Assembly (NCBI GenBank): GCA_943704425.1 | Contig: CALSCP010000883.1 | Location: 62,001-125,449 of the forward strand | Length of the DNA stretch: 63,449 nucleotides | Origin: Ministeria vibrans ATCC 50519 | Taxonomy: Eukaryota > Protista > Filasterea | Reading direction: 5' to 3' | In this document: positions 1 through 16,100 of the stretch, piece by piece | Position numbering within the stretch: position 1 is the stretch's first letter | How the letters are laid out: each line of letters starts with the position of its first letter | Program-made: the position numbers and the translations under genes | Notes under the pieces: model-generated | What the model was told of the DNA's origin: nothing | Databases searched by the model: none | What the model saw: the letters and a program-made list of their open reading frames with translations, nothing else

Positions 1-2492
<2,492 letters not shown>

Positions 2493-2586
2493 GAAACTTT
2501 ACATTGTATATAAAAGTACACTAACGAATCAACACTATTCAACAGCTAATAATAATAATAATTAATTTTACTCTCGCTTTACTCCT

Positions 2587-3297
2587 TCACACAACACACG
2601 AGCTTTTGATGCACTTCCCTTGTGACGGCCGATTGTTATACGAACCCCACGAAAGGAACTGCTTCCCTCCGCCCAAATGGAGGACGGTGACATCGTCGTC
2701 GGCACCCGAACCACTGTCGTCCCAGGCCCAGACGGCCGCGCAGCTGGACACACACGCGTCAATGATGCAACGGTACTGACTGACTCCTTTGCTGCCGTGG
2801 CCCTTGACCGCCACATCGCCCACTGAGGTGTAGCCTGAGGGACAGGTGAGGTGCCAAAAACTCATGTCGTCGTCGGCACCCGACCCATCATCATCCCACA
2901 CCTTGGTGGAGCCCGTCGCAGCGCCAATAGGAGACGGACACGAACCACCATTGTCTATTCCTTTCACCACCACCACATCCCCAGAGTAGATCGTATCGCC
3001 AATGCGGAAGTAGTCTGACGGCAGCACCCCATCCGCCACGAGGTACACCGACACATCATCGTCAGCGCCGCTCCCATCGTCATCAAAAATCTTCTGGCCA
3101 GAGAACGCCATCTTGGTGGACACGCCAGGCACTACACACCCGTCCGTCGTGCTCAGCGCAGGCACTGGCCCATCGTCTCCAAAGCACTCCAGGGCCGAGT
3201 CGTGCGTCTGTGTCTCTACATCCGTATTATCAGGGTCCATCACCAGATTGTCACATCGCCAGCATTGCACCACACGAGCCTAAGTAAAAATGACGAC

Positions 3298-3348
<51 letters not shown>

Positions 3349-5461
3349 AGTTGTATTCTTCTTCTTCTTCTTATTATTATTATTAATATTGTTACTAATG
3401 TCACGCTTTTCGTACCTTCTCGCCTGAGAGTGTTCCATAGGTACCACAGTCACAAATGGACCAAGAGAGTGGGTGCCAGGCGTATGAGTACACCTCGCAC
3501 TGGATGGCCTCCTGAGGACGGGGGGCAATCACTTCGGTGAGACAGAATGAGTCGGCGACGACCGAGCCATCGCACTGGAGACAGCGCACGGTGCGCCATC
3601 GGTTGCCAGTGCCGCACGTCACGAGTGTCGATGTGCGACTGGTTTGACGGCATGTCGTGTCGTAGTCGGTCGTTTCCCAGCGGTAGGACCACTTGACACA
3701 ATGACGTGAGGACGCCGGACGTGTGTCGCTGACGCAGTAAGAATCGCTCACAACCGAGTTGTCACAACGACGACACTCGACGGTGCGTGTCTCGGAGCCA
3801 CTGCCGCAGTAATTGAGCGAGCACGAGCTCCACGAAGTAGATGCGTACCACGAGTAGGTGTACGACGAGCACGAGGCAGTGGTACTGGTGAGGGATGTCG
3901 GAGCACACGAAGCGCCGCCATGCTGTGGATGAGGGTTGTCACACGCGTACGTGGTCGTCGTCGTGCCCACACCACACGCCGTTGAGCACGCACTCGTCGA
4001 CTGGGCACTCGCAGCACCATCGACATGTGAGCCGACCACAAAGAGGTCGCCATTGGAAACAACTGCAAGGCGAAAGGCCGCCACAGAGGAGCTGCTACGT
4101 CGATCGAATCGCACGCTCAACTGCTCTTCGCGTGACGTGTTGGTGCGCAGCGCCATTTCGCTTTCAGTACAAAGCACGCGTGAGCAGTTGTGCACGACAA
4201 TGTGTGCTGTCGCATTGGTGGGTGACTGGGGACGAACCGCCAATGCAACAAAGCCCGAGTGAGAGATACTTACAGAGACGACGGCGCGCAAATGCGTACA
4301 CACCAGTGCATGTGCTGTGTCGCGTGTGCTGCTGCTCTGCGTTGCGTTTGCTGCCGCTGTTGCATTGCTGCTCATGTTTGCAGACACACTGCTAGATGCC
4401 TCTGTAGACACCGCAAGGTCGATAAGATCAAATGCGACCCCATGCGCCAGTTGTTGAGAGGTTGTTTCTTCAAGCGAATCAAAGCGACCCGCAAGCGCCG
4501 TAAAGTTAGTGGACGCGACGTCCGAGAAAAAGACGGCCGCTGTGCCGCACGGAGCCCAGATACTCACTTGAAGCACGGCCACTCCAACGACAAGCTGGCC
4601 GTTGTGTGCGCTCAAGTCGGTCGCTTGCATGCCCCGCAGTACGTACTCATTGACACGGTCAAAGGCCGCGTCATAATGCACCACCACCGTGTCGTTGTGC
4701 CACAGACTGGAGATAAACAAGTGGCCTGTCGTTGAATCTATAGCCATGTGGACGCCAAACAGGTAATGGTCCGTTGGCGGAGCAAACGTCGCAACTAAAA
4801 AGCGATGTGGTGATGAGTGAACACAAACAAAATAAGGTCTTGAAACATACGATGCGAAAAAGAATCAGAGCCGTCAAAAACGTGCACGCGTCCCATTCCA
4901 CTGTCAGCACCAGGCTCGCTGACATAAAGCAAACTGTCATACACGGCAAGAGACGCGCCAAACAGCGCTTCGCGTTCTTTCGGACCCGCAGACGTCAGCT
5001 GCAAAGCAGTGTAGATTTATAATTCAGATCTTGGTTCGAGCCTATCTGTCTCTTACAAGGTTGGTTCGACGCCGCAATGCTCCTGCCGAAGTAAAGATCT
5101 CAACATAGCCGGCCATAGCGCGGCCACGAGCGGGCGCCAAGGGCGAAGAGATGATTGTCTTCTGAAGTGAGGTCATCAGTGCAAACGACGTCCCAAACGC
5201 CGTTTGGTCGCGCGGAAGGAACGACGCAATCGACGACGATGCTGTACTGTTCCAGCTCTCGCCCTGAAGCTCGACGTCGACCACGTACGTCGCTGCGTCC
5301 GACACCAACAGATTTTGTTTGAGACCAAATTCGACCGTTCGAACCGGACGACTCAGGCTAACTCCCGCATCCACTAATACTTGATCCACTGTAAGTAAAG
5401 TAGAGGTTGCCTGTCGAGCAACAATGGCGAGAAATGTTGCAAGGAGAAAAGTGGAGATCAT
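2587..5461 (-). CDS. Secreted protein: signal peptide, FG-GAP-like propeller repeats, thrombospondin type-1 repeats, C-terminal Vps62/DUF946-like triple repeat
   Basis: N-terminus MISTFLLATFLAIVARQA. FG-GAP-like FGTSFA..GYVEIF and FGASLAVYDSLLYVSEPG..GRVHVF. TSP1 WSSCSLNYCGSGSETRTVEC, CGTGNRWRTVRC, WSICDCG. Three copies of (I/V/A)(F/W)DD(D/S)GSGADDD. GT-AG introns near 4999-5056, ~4795-4850 and ~3280-3414. Confidence 0.8.
3299..3346. repeat. (ATT/AAT)n microsatellite; similar tracts at ~7040-7100, ~34997-35046 and ~38124-38166
   Basis: Trinucleotide runs inside introns. Confidence 0.95.
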
Positions 5462-5826
5462 AGTTTTAAAAAAAAAATGTCGAAAAAAAAATCGCTTCCG
5501 ATTCGGATCGCGCGTATATTGAATAAGCGATCGTCGCTTCAACGCAGCCTACACGCGCCCTGCCGCGCCGTCAAGCCTTAATATTTGTTATGAATGTCAA
5601 ACTTTGACGTTTCCGGCATCTTAATAGGCTGCAAGGTCGCTATAGAGAGCGTCTGGCGGCTTTTTGCAAATCTCACACTTTCGCTTGTTGTTTCTTCCTT
5701 CAAATTTCAATTCTTCAATTCACTCTTATTTTTTTTCTCGTTCCCTCTCACAAACGGAGTGAACTGGCCAACTCCCGCGGTCCAAGTGGATAGTTTTTGA
5801 CTGTAGTACACTGAAGGCGTGGCGGC

Positions 5827-7039
5827 ATGTTGCGATTGGCCGTGGTTGTGGCGCTGGCGCTCTCATCCGTGTTCGCGTCGCTCTCGTTTGACGTCAACAA
5901 GTCATACCGTTACGAACACACACTCCAGCTCGACACCGCGCCACCGAATGGCAACGCAGACGTCTACATTCCGTCGACCGTGGGTGCTGGCACGGTGAGG
6001 CCCCTTCCTTTGCATCCTTCGCTTTTTCGTCAATGATTTTCGTTTCGTGTTTTTTTTTTTACATCTGTGAAACGATTCTTTTTGTTTTCTTTTTTTAGGT
6101 CAATTTCCAGATTTATCTTAAAACTACAGGCCNNNNNNNNNNCTGTGAAACGATTCTTTTTGTTTTCTTTTTTTTTTTTTTTTTGCAGCTGAAACCTCAG
6201 CACGCCGCAACAAGCATCGTGCTTGCTCTCCACGTTCTGAACGAAACATGCACGGTGCAATACGGCTGCCAGTATGTCGCGGAGGTCTCGGTTGAGTCTG
6301 TGCGGCAGGTGCACGTCCACGGCGAGAGCCACCTGTCGCGTTTGGCGCACGCCTCGGCCTTTCCGCCCGTCATGGTGGTCGCCATCAACGACACAGGTCG
6401 CTTTGACCATTTTCTATGGCTTGACGAGGCGCAGCTGCTTGACGACGGCACGGTGCACGAGGACGGGCGAAGCGATGCGGGGAGAATCGCACTGCGGCTG
6501 CTAGGTCACATGGAGTTCACCTCTCCGCACCAGCTGGGCAAAACACACACAAATCCCGGACGCCTTTACGAGGAGTGGGATGTCAATGGTGTCCACCAGG
6601 CCCAGTACGCGGCGGTGGACGAGCAAGACGACGCCTACGTGCTGCGGCGATCGCGCTCCCTCAAAGATCATCCACATCTTCAAAACGCATTCCGCGTCGA
6701 CGCCGAAACACACGTTCTCTACGGTCCCTATGCCTACGCTCATCACGCAGGTGCGACTATTATTTTTTAATAATATTATTTGAAAAATATATATCCCTCA
6801 ATAATGATAATAATATTAATAAATTAATAATGTTGTGTGATTTTTCAGAGGAACATTTGAAGCATCACCGATTCTCACACGAATCGGTCCTCCGCATCGA
6901 CCGTGACACTGGCATTCTCCAGCACGCCACAGGCGTCGAATTCCTTGCCATTCCACATCCAGGGCTGCACAGTGCGGGATTCCGTCCTCGCAATGGCGAC
7001 CAGGAAGCGCATCTCCACCAGGTACACAATTCATATTCC

Positions 7040-7103
<64 letters not shown>

Positions 7104-10100
7104 ACTATTATAATAATAATAAAAATATAATATGTTATAATTATTATTATAATAATTAATAATTGTTTTGTATTATTTTTTTATAAATTATTATTCTTTT
7201 AGGCAACAAGCACCTGGTCGGTGAAGCTTCTCGACGTGAAAACGACGGCGGAGCATCAGTGGGGCGGCCGAAACACACGCGGTATCCACGAGCGCGCACA
7301 CGCACTGTCACTCGAAGCCAGTGTGCACACACGCAACGGTCGCTCCACCGACAGCGACATTGCTCGCTTCTCCTTTACCGGACCAGCTCACGACAACGTC
7401 GACAATGAAAACAAGCGCAACAACGCCAACACACTTCCTTGTACAACTGTGAGCGCCGTTAAGCTTCTTGGGAACCTCACACGCATTGCCACCGACGCCA
7501 CATTCGCCCACTCCATTGCGCTCTTCTTTGAGCACTGCCCCGACATCGCTCTTGAAATAGCCCACGATTACGTCCTTGAGCCTGGCATTCCCGACCCGGC
7601 GGGTGGTGCGTGTCCCGACGACTTGCCCACCGACAAGATGAGCAACGTCCACCGTCGCCAAATGGCCGTCGTCATGACATTTGGCCTTGCCTCAGCACGA
7701 TGTCCCGCCTGCGCCAACGCCATTCTCTCTTGTCTCCAGGGCGACTGTGGCGGTCCCCTTTCCGCCCGCTGGCGTATCTTCACGCTGCACGCACTGCTTG
7801 TCTCAAGTCACATCCCCGACTCCGTCTACACCGCTCTCCGTGACCTGCATAACGCAGACCCTTCCGACACTCCTCTCCTTCTCACTTTGGGTACCATTGC
7901 GCACAAACTGAGCAACGACTCGCGTGGCACGTCGCTTCGTCGCCATCTCATTTCACTGCTTCTCAATGCGCCACTCTCACGCACCGACGCACACCAGAAC
8001 GCCCTGCTCACTAGTCTCGCCAACACACACCATCTCGAAGCACTCCCGCACGTTCTCGAGCACGCTCGATCACACTACAGCAACAAGGTGCGTACAAACG
8101 CCCTGTGGTGCCTCCATGCCTTTGACGATCCCCGTGCCGAATTGTACACCCTTGACATTGCCATGAACCGCACGCTCTCGCCCGACGACCGTCGCTCCGC
8201 CTTTGCCTCATTCACCTCGCGTCATACTCTCTCCGAGTCTACTCTCAGTGCCATGCGCTCCCTTGAGCAGATCCATCTTCACGAGGAGGTCATCGATCAC
8301 CCTCATCAAGATCCAGCCATCCTGGTGCGTCTCACGCGTCACCTGCTCGATCGCCACGACCTCAATTCACACCGTCCCAACCGCATTGAGTCCGAACGTG
8401 CCCATCTTAACGGCCATGACCAGCAAGAGATTGATGATCGACGCGAGCGTGACCGTCGTCGTCGTCGTCAGAGTCTCTCTGACGTTGTCGTACAGGTAAA
8501 CAACAATCAATAAAAATTATTTATTATTATTATTATTATTATTAATGAGCGCTTGGGGCCAATGCGGGTCTGAGCCGGAGGACGTCCGAGCTCGTACTTG
8601 TGCTTGTGGCACCAGGCCTTATATTAATATTCTTTTTTGTTTGTTTCTCAGGTGACGGATCACTTGTCAAGTTCGGTGGACACTGTCAACGAACTGTACC
8701 GTCAACGTCGTGTCACGGACGAAGAGGCAGCCAACTTGTTAAACAAGCTGCTGGACAACACTCCGTGGGGCGACATTGACTTTGAGGGCGGCTTCAGCTT
8801 CCTCAATGGCGAGAACTGGGGCGTCGCCGACTTCAACACCGGCTACCGCCTCGAGTTTGACAATAGCATCCACTTTCGCATGCGCGGTCTTCGTGAAATC
8901 TTCCTGTCTTTGCGAATCTTTGACGAAATTCTCGTCTACTTCTCACTGTACGGACTGGAGGGAATCATTCGACAGAAGCTCATTGACATGCAAATCGACC
9001 TGGGCTACATGATTGAGACGGTCAATGCCAATCCGCCTTCGACACGCACCTGTGCCAGTTGGATTGGCGAACAATCGGCAAGCACAGCGTGGACCGACGA
9101 CAATGAGTTTGAATGCCCCTGCAGCGTGCCCCTCTCGGCCATGTTCTCTATCAAGGCGGGCGGACTCAAGAAGATTGGCATGCCACCGTCGGAACTCTTT
9201 TGGCGCTCGACTCTTGGTCCAACATCCACCGCCATGTTTCCTGAAGCAGACTATTGTATGCAGTCGGTGCGCCGCAGCCTGGGAGGCGACCGTCCCGGAC
9301 GCTTCTGCTGCTACAAGTGGTATGACTCGGGCAACCCGGACACTGTATTTACGCAGTCTGCCCAGCAATACTCCAGCTCGTTCACCGTCAATGGTTTGCC
9401 TCGGCGCGACGTCTACCAAGGCGGTGCCTACCTCTTGATTACGGACGGCAAGTCGGCTGGCTTTGATGTTCGTCACACGCCCGTGACGCTCGACCGCCAA
9501 GGCAGCTACCACTTCAAGACGGAGGAAGTTGACCCACACCTGGCCTGTCGCGCCGCCGGTCGTCTCGATGACTTCTACAGGTACCGTCCACGCAACAACG
9601 GTGCGTCGTGTCCCCGTCTCTCGGTCGACACCCCCGACGCTTCCTTTGTCACGCAACCCACCTACGAGAAACGCTCCGTCACCGAAGCATCCTTTTACTT
9701 TGTTGCTTCGCAGCAAGGAAAGCTTCTCTTCAAAGTAAGTGTGTTGTATATTGTTTTATATATGTATACCAAACTGATTGTTTTTTTACCCACGGTTTAT
9801 TTTCTTTTTTGTTAAAACAAAACAAATGCATAGCGCACTCCCAAGTTTGGTACAGTCGAACTTGGGTTTGGACACATTGTCAAGGAGAATCACGCGGGCA
9901 TTGATCAGTATCCACAAGACACAATTGAGCGGTTTGACGCGTGGGAGTTGCTTGCGCTCGACCTTGTCAGTGCCGAGATGTGCGTGCACGAGGACTTGGT
10001 TGCGCACAACATCAACTTGAACGACAACCAATTTGCCGCACTTTGCTCCTACGTCATGACTGTCTCTTGTGACGAGTTGCGCGACCACAAGGACTACAAG

Positions 10101-13100
10101 GCACTGCTATCGAGCGACGACAAGGACGGCATACGCAACATGTTGATGGAGAAGCCTGCAGTGCGCAATCTTGGACGCGACCGTGCGCGCATGGTAGCCG
10201 AGGTCAATTTATGGGAGGTAAGATGTATCAGGTGGTGCTGAACAATGTGCACATTATATTTCTCTTTCTTTCCTTTTTGTTTCTTTTTTTGTTTTGTTTT
10301 TCAGGCCTTTGCGACCATGTCGTGGGTGGCGGATGCGCCGCGTGATTTGTACAAGGAAGTCGAGTACTTCCAGGTGCAGATTGAACTGGCGCCCATGGCA
10401 ACCGTCATTGACGCCATTAAGGAGTACATGGACAGAAAAAAGAAGGGCAAATCGAAGAAGGATGACGAAGAGGAAATTGACCCCGAATTTCCGTACGGGC
10501 AATTACAACGATGAGACGCACAATGCTCATCGCTTTTATCTCTTCTTGTTGCATAGAAACGACGACCCCCCTCAGCCCAACCAAGGCACAGTCACCGTTG
10601 GACTGCGCATGACTATTTTCATTCCTCTCCCCGAAGTACTCATATACGGATTTCCCGAGAAAGGTACAAACGGGAGAAAGACATGTCGGTTATATTTTTC
10701 TTGTTTATCATAGCTTCTGCTTTTTTTGTTAATTAGGCGGAGAATTTTATGTGGGTCCTTTCCAAATTTATGTTGAGGGAAGTGCTGGCATCTACGCAGG
10801 TGTCGACATTCTTTTTACCATTGATATTCGCAAATGGGCACTGGAAGTAATCTTTAGCACAACGTAGCACTCAAATTTATCTCACCTTTGATTTTTTTAT
10901 TTTCTTCTTCTTCTTCTTCTTCTGTCAGCTCAACTCGGAACCATTCATCTATGTGGGAGCTGACGTCAAGATTGCTATTGGTATCTTCATTGTGCGTGCT
11001 GGCGTTCATTTGAATGTGGAATTGGCACGCGTCACTCTGTTGCCGGAGGTCACGTACAACGTGGGATCGTGGCCCATCGGTGTGTGCTACAAGTACTCCA
11101 TTCGCCTCGATCCCGCCTTTGTCATTCTTTCGGCGTTTGTCCAGTGGCGTGACTCACTTGAATGCTATGTCTTTGGCTGCAAACTCACCTGGGGTTCCAT
11201 GGACTCGTGGCTCATTTGGCGTTACGATCTTGGCGGTCTCATCATCCCGCTCATTCCCAAGTTTTGTTTGCAAATATCGGACAGCTTTGAGCCGAGTGTC
11301 ACGGTTGAGTCTTACGACGATGTGGATCTAGGCAATGTGGGATCGGGTGGCGAAATGTCGACGGACTTGCGACGACGGCGTAGCATCCCCGACTCGTCGT
11401 TTGTCTACTCAGTCTGGGACGGCACCGTCACCGCCGACGTGGACTATTGGAGCAGAAAGGACGAGGCTGTGTGTGCCTGGCGTGACTTCTCCAGTGCCAA
11501 CTCACGTGTCTTCAAGTACAAGGTGGGCCTGGGCACAACGACACTCGATGCTGACGTAGCATCCATGGTGGATGTGCGCAGCGCCACTTCACACACCTTC
11601 CGCCAGCTCAATCTCGAGACGCGCACGCGCTACTTTTGCCTCCTCGAAGTATGGGCGGCGTCCGGTCAGCGGACCAAACGTTTCTTCTCCAATGGCTTCC
11701 TCGTCGACTCGACGAGCGTCTCGGAGAACTGCCAACTCGATCCGTCACTCGGTTGCGAGGTCAAAGACGGTCTGTGGCCTCCCGAGGATGCCGACTGGCA
11801 ATGGAGCACGGAGATTCTCTTCGCGCAGTGGAACACACTTCTTGACCCGGATTCCCCCACCTTTTACACCATCTTTGCGCAGACGCTGTCCGGCAACGAT
11901 CTCGTCAAAGAGAGCGAATATGTCGGATTTCAGCTGAGTTCCACGTTGCGCGCGCCGCTCAGACACAACGAGACGTACTTTTATGGTGTGCGTGTGGTCA
12001 ACGCCGCTGGTCTTTCTTCGTCATTTCGCAGCGACGGCATCCGTATCGACGAGACCCCACCGCCTCCCGCTCTCGTTCACATTCCCACCGCTTTCCCGGA
12101 CACTCGACCCGCATTTGCATTGTCCGACCTCAACACGACCGCCGTGAGCCAGCTGTGGACAAGCGACGTAGAGTCGCTGTCGGTGTCCTTTGAGGATTAC
12201 GACGATCCCGAGAGCGGTGCATACTCGTGGAAACTCACCTGTGGTCCTAATCCGGTGGCATCGTCGCCTCTCGAGCCTGCCGAAGACCCCCCGTTCATTG
12301 TGGGCTCGGTCTTCCAGAAACCCGTGACACCCCGCGACAATACCGACACACACTCGTTCACCGAGCTCGACCTGGCCCACCGTGTGACCATGTTTTGCTG
12401 GCTTGAAGTGCGCAATGGCGCACGCCTGTACACCACGTCGCTGTCACGGCCTTTTACCGTCGATGCGCTCACTCCCGTGGTGCTGCGCGTCGACGACGGC
12501 CTTCCTGGCGAACCCGAGTGGCAGTACCGCGCCAATGGCTCGCTCGTGTGCGCTCGCTGGCAACTTGAGGCACTCTCGGGCGCTCGTCAAGTCCAGCTCA
12601 GTGTGGTGGCGCGCAAGCGTGTGCCCACTGGCAGTACAACGGTCGTCGAGGAGAATGTCATTTGCGAACAGTCTTCGGTGGTGCGTTCGGAGGACCTCTC
12701 CTCCGAAGTGTACACTCTGTGTGCGCTGGGCGCAGACGGTGACGAGCGCTCGTGTACCTGCAACCGCACCACCGTGTCGCTTCGCGTCGACACACACGAT
12801 GTACTGAGCTGGACCAACCTCGGTGGTCCCGCTCGCTCATCCTGTCTCACTACCATCACGCCGCTGCCCATCCTCTCGCAAATAGTTTCCATTGTGCGCT
12901 TTCAAAATGGTGCGGGCGTGTGGAGCAGTATGACGGAATCCGACGGTTTCATGATTGACACGACGCCGCCCGTTGCGGGTGTGGTCACCGACGGCTGTCG
13001 CAGTCGCATGGACACGGATGTGTGGTCAAATGCCAATGTGATTTGTGTTCATGTTCGTGGATGGTTTGATCGCGAGAGCGCCATTGCCGGCTTTTACGCC

Positions 13101-16100
13101 TTCTGGGGATCTACACCGGGTGCCAGCGACATTGCCGATCCCGCCTGGTTCCCTGCGGGCTCACCAGGTGTCGCCGTGGACCTGTCGCTTGCCACCAACT
13201 CAACTGTGTACGCTACTGTCGAGGTACACAACGGCGCAGGCTTGACGACAACGCTGTCGTCGAATGGTGTTCTCATTGACCCGTTGGCGCCCGTCGCTGG
13301 TGATTTCGTGGCGTTTGACTCGGACCAGGTGAATGCAACTGCCGTGCTTGCCGAGCCTGACACCTGGCTGCGTCTTCTCAATCCCGAGTTTGAGTTGTCG
13401 CTTAACAACCACACCGTGTGCGCTGTGTGGACCGCATTTGAACAGACGGTGTCGGGCATGAGTCACTACCAGGTGGGCTTGGGGCAGTCGACACTCATTG
13501 CGGACATTGTGCCCATGCGCACTCACTCTGCCTCTACCAATGGCGTATGCTTTCGCAATCTGGAGCTTGACGACGGCCTCACACCTGTCGTGCACCTTCA
13601 CGGCTTTTCGCGCGCCGGCCTCAAGACGGTGGTGTTCACCAAGAGCTACATTGTGGACACGAGCGCACCTCGTGCGGGTATCATCCTCGACGGCGACGGC
13701 TACGACCGCGACGTGGTTGTCAACAACACGGCGGTGCGTTGCTCGTGGACACCGATGGTATCACGACAGGCGCTGTCGAGTGTACGCAGCGCATCATCGT
13801 CACTCGACGACTTTGTGGGACGTGCCTTCCTTTTGCACCGTTCCGACGGCCCGCTCGCCTTTGTGCCTGGTGACCTGGTGCGTCCCCTCACCGACGGCAC
13901 ATCGTGCGAGGATGTGCGCGACAACCTGGGCGAGTCCACACCGTCGGGCGAGTACACCCTTGTCGACGCAACTTTGTCGAGCAAGTCGAATCAACGCCGC
14001 ACCGCCTACTGCGACATGACCACGGCCAAGGGTGGATGGGAGCTGCTGGGTCGCTTCAGCAATCGTGATCTGGAGGCACGCTGGGCAGACGCGCACGCTT
14101 GGATGCCTGGTGCCGCATTTGGCTCGGCTGCGGATGCGTTGCGTGCCGACTACCGATCGTCCACGTGGGACTCGGCGCATGTTTCCGACCTACTTCTTGC
14201 AGATCCCGATGCGAGTGCCAGCGATTATGTTGCCACCATTCAAAACTGCGCCGAGAATCAGACGCTGAGCACGCTTTTTGCCAATGTGTTTGCCGCGACC
14301 ACAGTGTGTCCCGCAAGCGGCTCTTGTGTACCGCCCACGGTGACACGAACACTCGGCAACGGTCAGTATGGATGTGCATACGCCGGCTTTACATGCGCTT
14401 CGTCGTCATACACATGTTTGCAGAATCGCTGTATGGAATCGTGTGTGCACAACACCGACCCGCGCACCAATGGGCATGAGTGTCTTTGGCGTGGCCATTC
14501 GCAGCCGTATGGTTCGCCGTGCTTCAGCATGGCACAGTGTCGCCGCGGTCTCACCTGTACAAGTTCCACGTGCTCCACCCCCTCCTTCAACATGGACACC
14601 AATGTCGCCTATGAGCGTGCTGTGGGCTCGTCAACCAAAGCCACGACCGTCAGCGGCAACGAGTGCACCTTCCCCTTTTTGCGCAGCTACGAACAGCTTG
14701 CCAACACTGTCCAGCTGAGCCACTGCACGCTTGTGGACGACATCGACGCCCGCCGAGGTGCCTTTACCTACTTGGGTTCTGCCTCGTGCACGATTGGAGG
14801 CGTCGACGAGGCGTGTGTTGCTATGGAGTACACTTGGGGAAGTGACGGCAACACTGGCACGACGCTCAAGACACGTGCGATTTCCAGTCAGTGGATTGAA
14901 GTGGACCTTGAGGACGAGTACATTGTAGACTTGGTGCGTGTGTGGAACTCGCTCGGTGCCAATGGACCCAGCGCATTTTACATAGAGTTGCTCAATGCAC
15001 AACACTCTGTTGTGACGCAATCGGCAACATTCTCGAGCACTTCCGCGACGCAGTTTGAATGGAACCTCGAGTCGGTGACGGTACAGCCGAACATTCGCTT
15101 TGTGCGCTTCAGGGCCTCGTCAAAAATGACTATGAGTGACGTCCAAGTATTTGCACGTGGCTCGACCTTGCCCAACATTGCCACCGAGCTGTTCAAGACT
15201 GTCACGCAGAGCGGCAGTTCGACAGCGACTGCCAGTGTCGCCATTGATGGCAGTCGCGACACGTATACAACGACGAGCAACAGTGATGGCGCGTGGTGGC
15301 AGGGAGACTTTGAGCAACTCATTCTCGTGTCGCATGTACGTGTGTGGAATCGTGCCGATTCGCACGCAGCCCGCATGACAGGTATGCAGGTGGTGCTGTA
15401 CGACGAGTCCGGCAGCGAAATTGTGCGCTCGGTGGCATTCAACGGGGTTCAACGTCATTATGACTACAATCCCATTGAGGCGGGTGTCTCGGAGGAAGAC
15501 CGCCGTCGGGTGCGCTTCATTCGTGTCCAGTTGCCCACAGGCAATACCCTCTCGGTGGCCGAGATCGAGGTGCACGGTACACGCTCACGCACCACTCTGT
15601 GTCCCTCCGAAGACGATCCGTACTATCCCAACTCCCTCACTTGTCTGTGGACCGAGGCGAACATTCCCGTGGCGAAGCGCTGTCGTGTTCACGAGGAGTG
15701 TCTTACGCAGTTCTGCAATCCCACCACGGGTAAGTGCGACTACTTCCCTTCGGCGCTGTTGCCGCAGCGGACCTGCTCGAAGATTGCGTCTCACAGTGAG
15801 CCAGACTATACACTGACGGGTTGCTACTCGGACCAACACGACGCCCACACACGCCTAGGCCTGCTTCCATACGACGACGACACTATCGTGAGTTTACCCC
15901 GCTATGTGTACAACGCCATTCATACGCTCAACGGCTCGCTTGCACAGTCACTCACTGAACACGATCCTCTCTTGCCCTTGTCGGTGACCGCGGAAGACAT
16001 GACCATCTACACATGTCGTCACTTGTGTGTATGGCACGGCTACGAGTACAACGGCTTGAAGAAAGACTCGGGATGCTGGTGCCGAACGGTGGAGCGCAAT

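Noticed and set aside
6065-6180. Direct repeat ctgtgaaacgattctttttgttttc on both sides of the N gap
   Set aside because: Most likely a scaffolding overlap artefact next to homopolymers.
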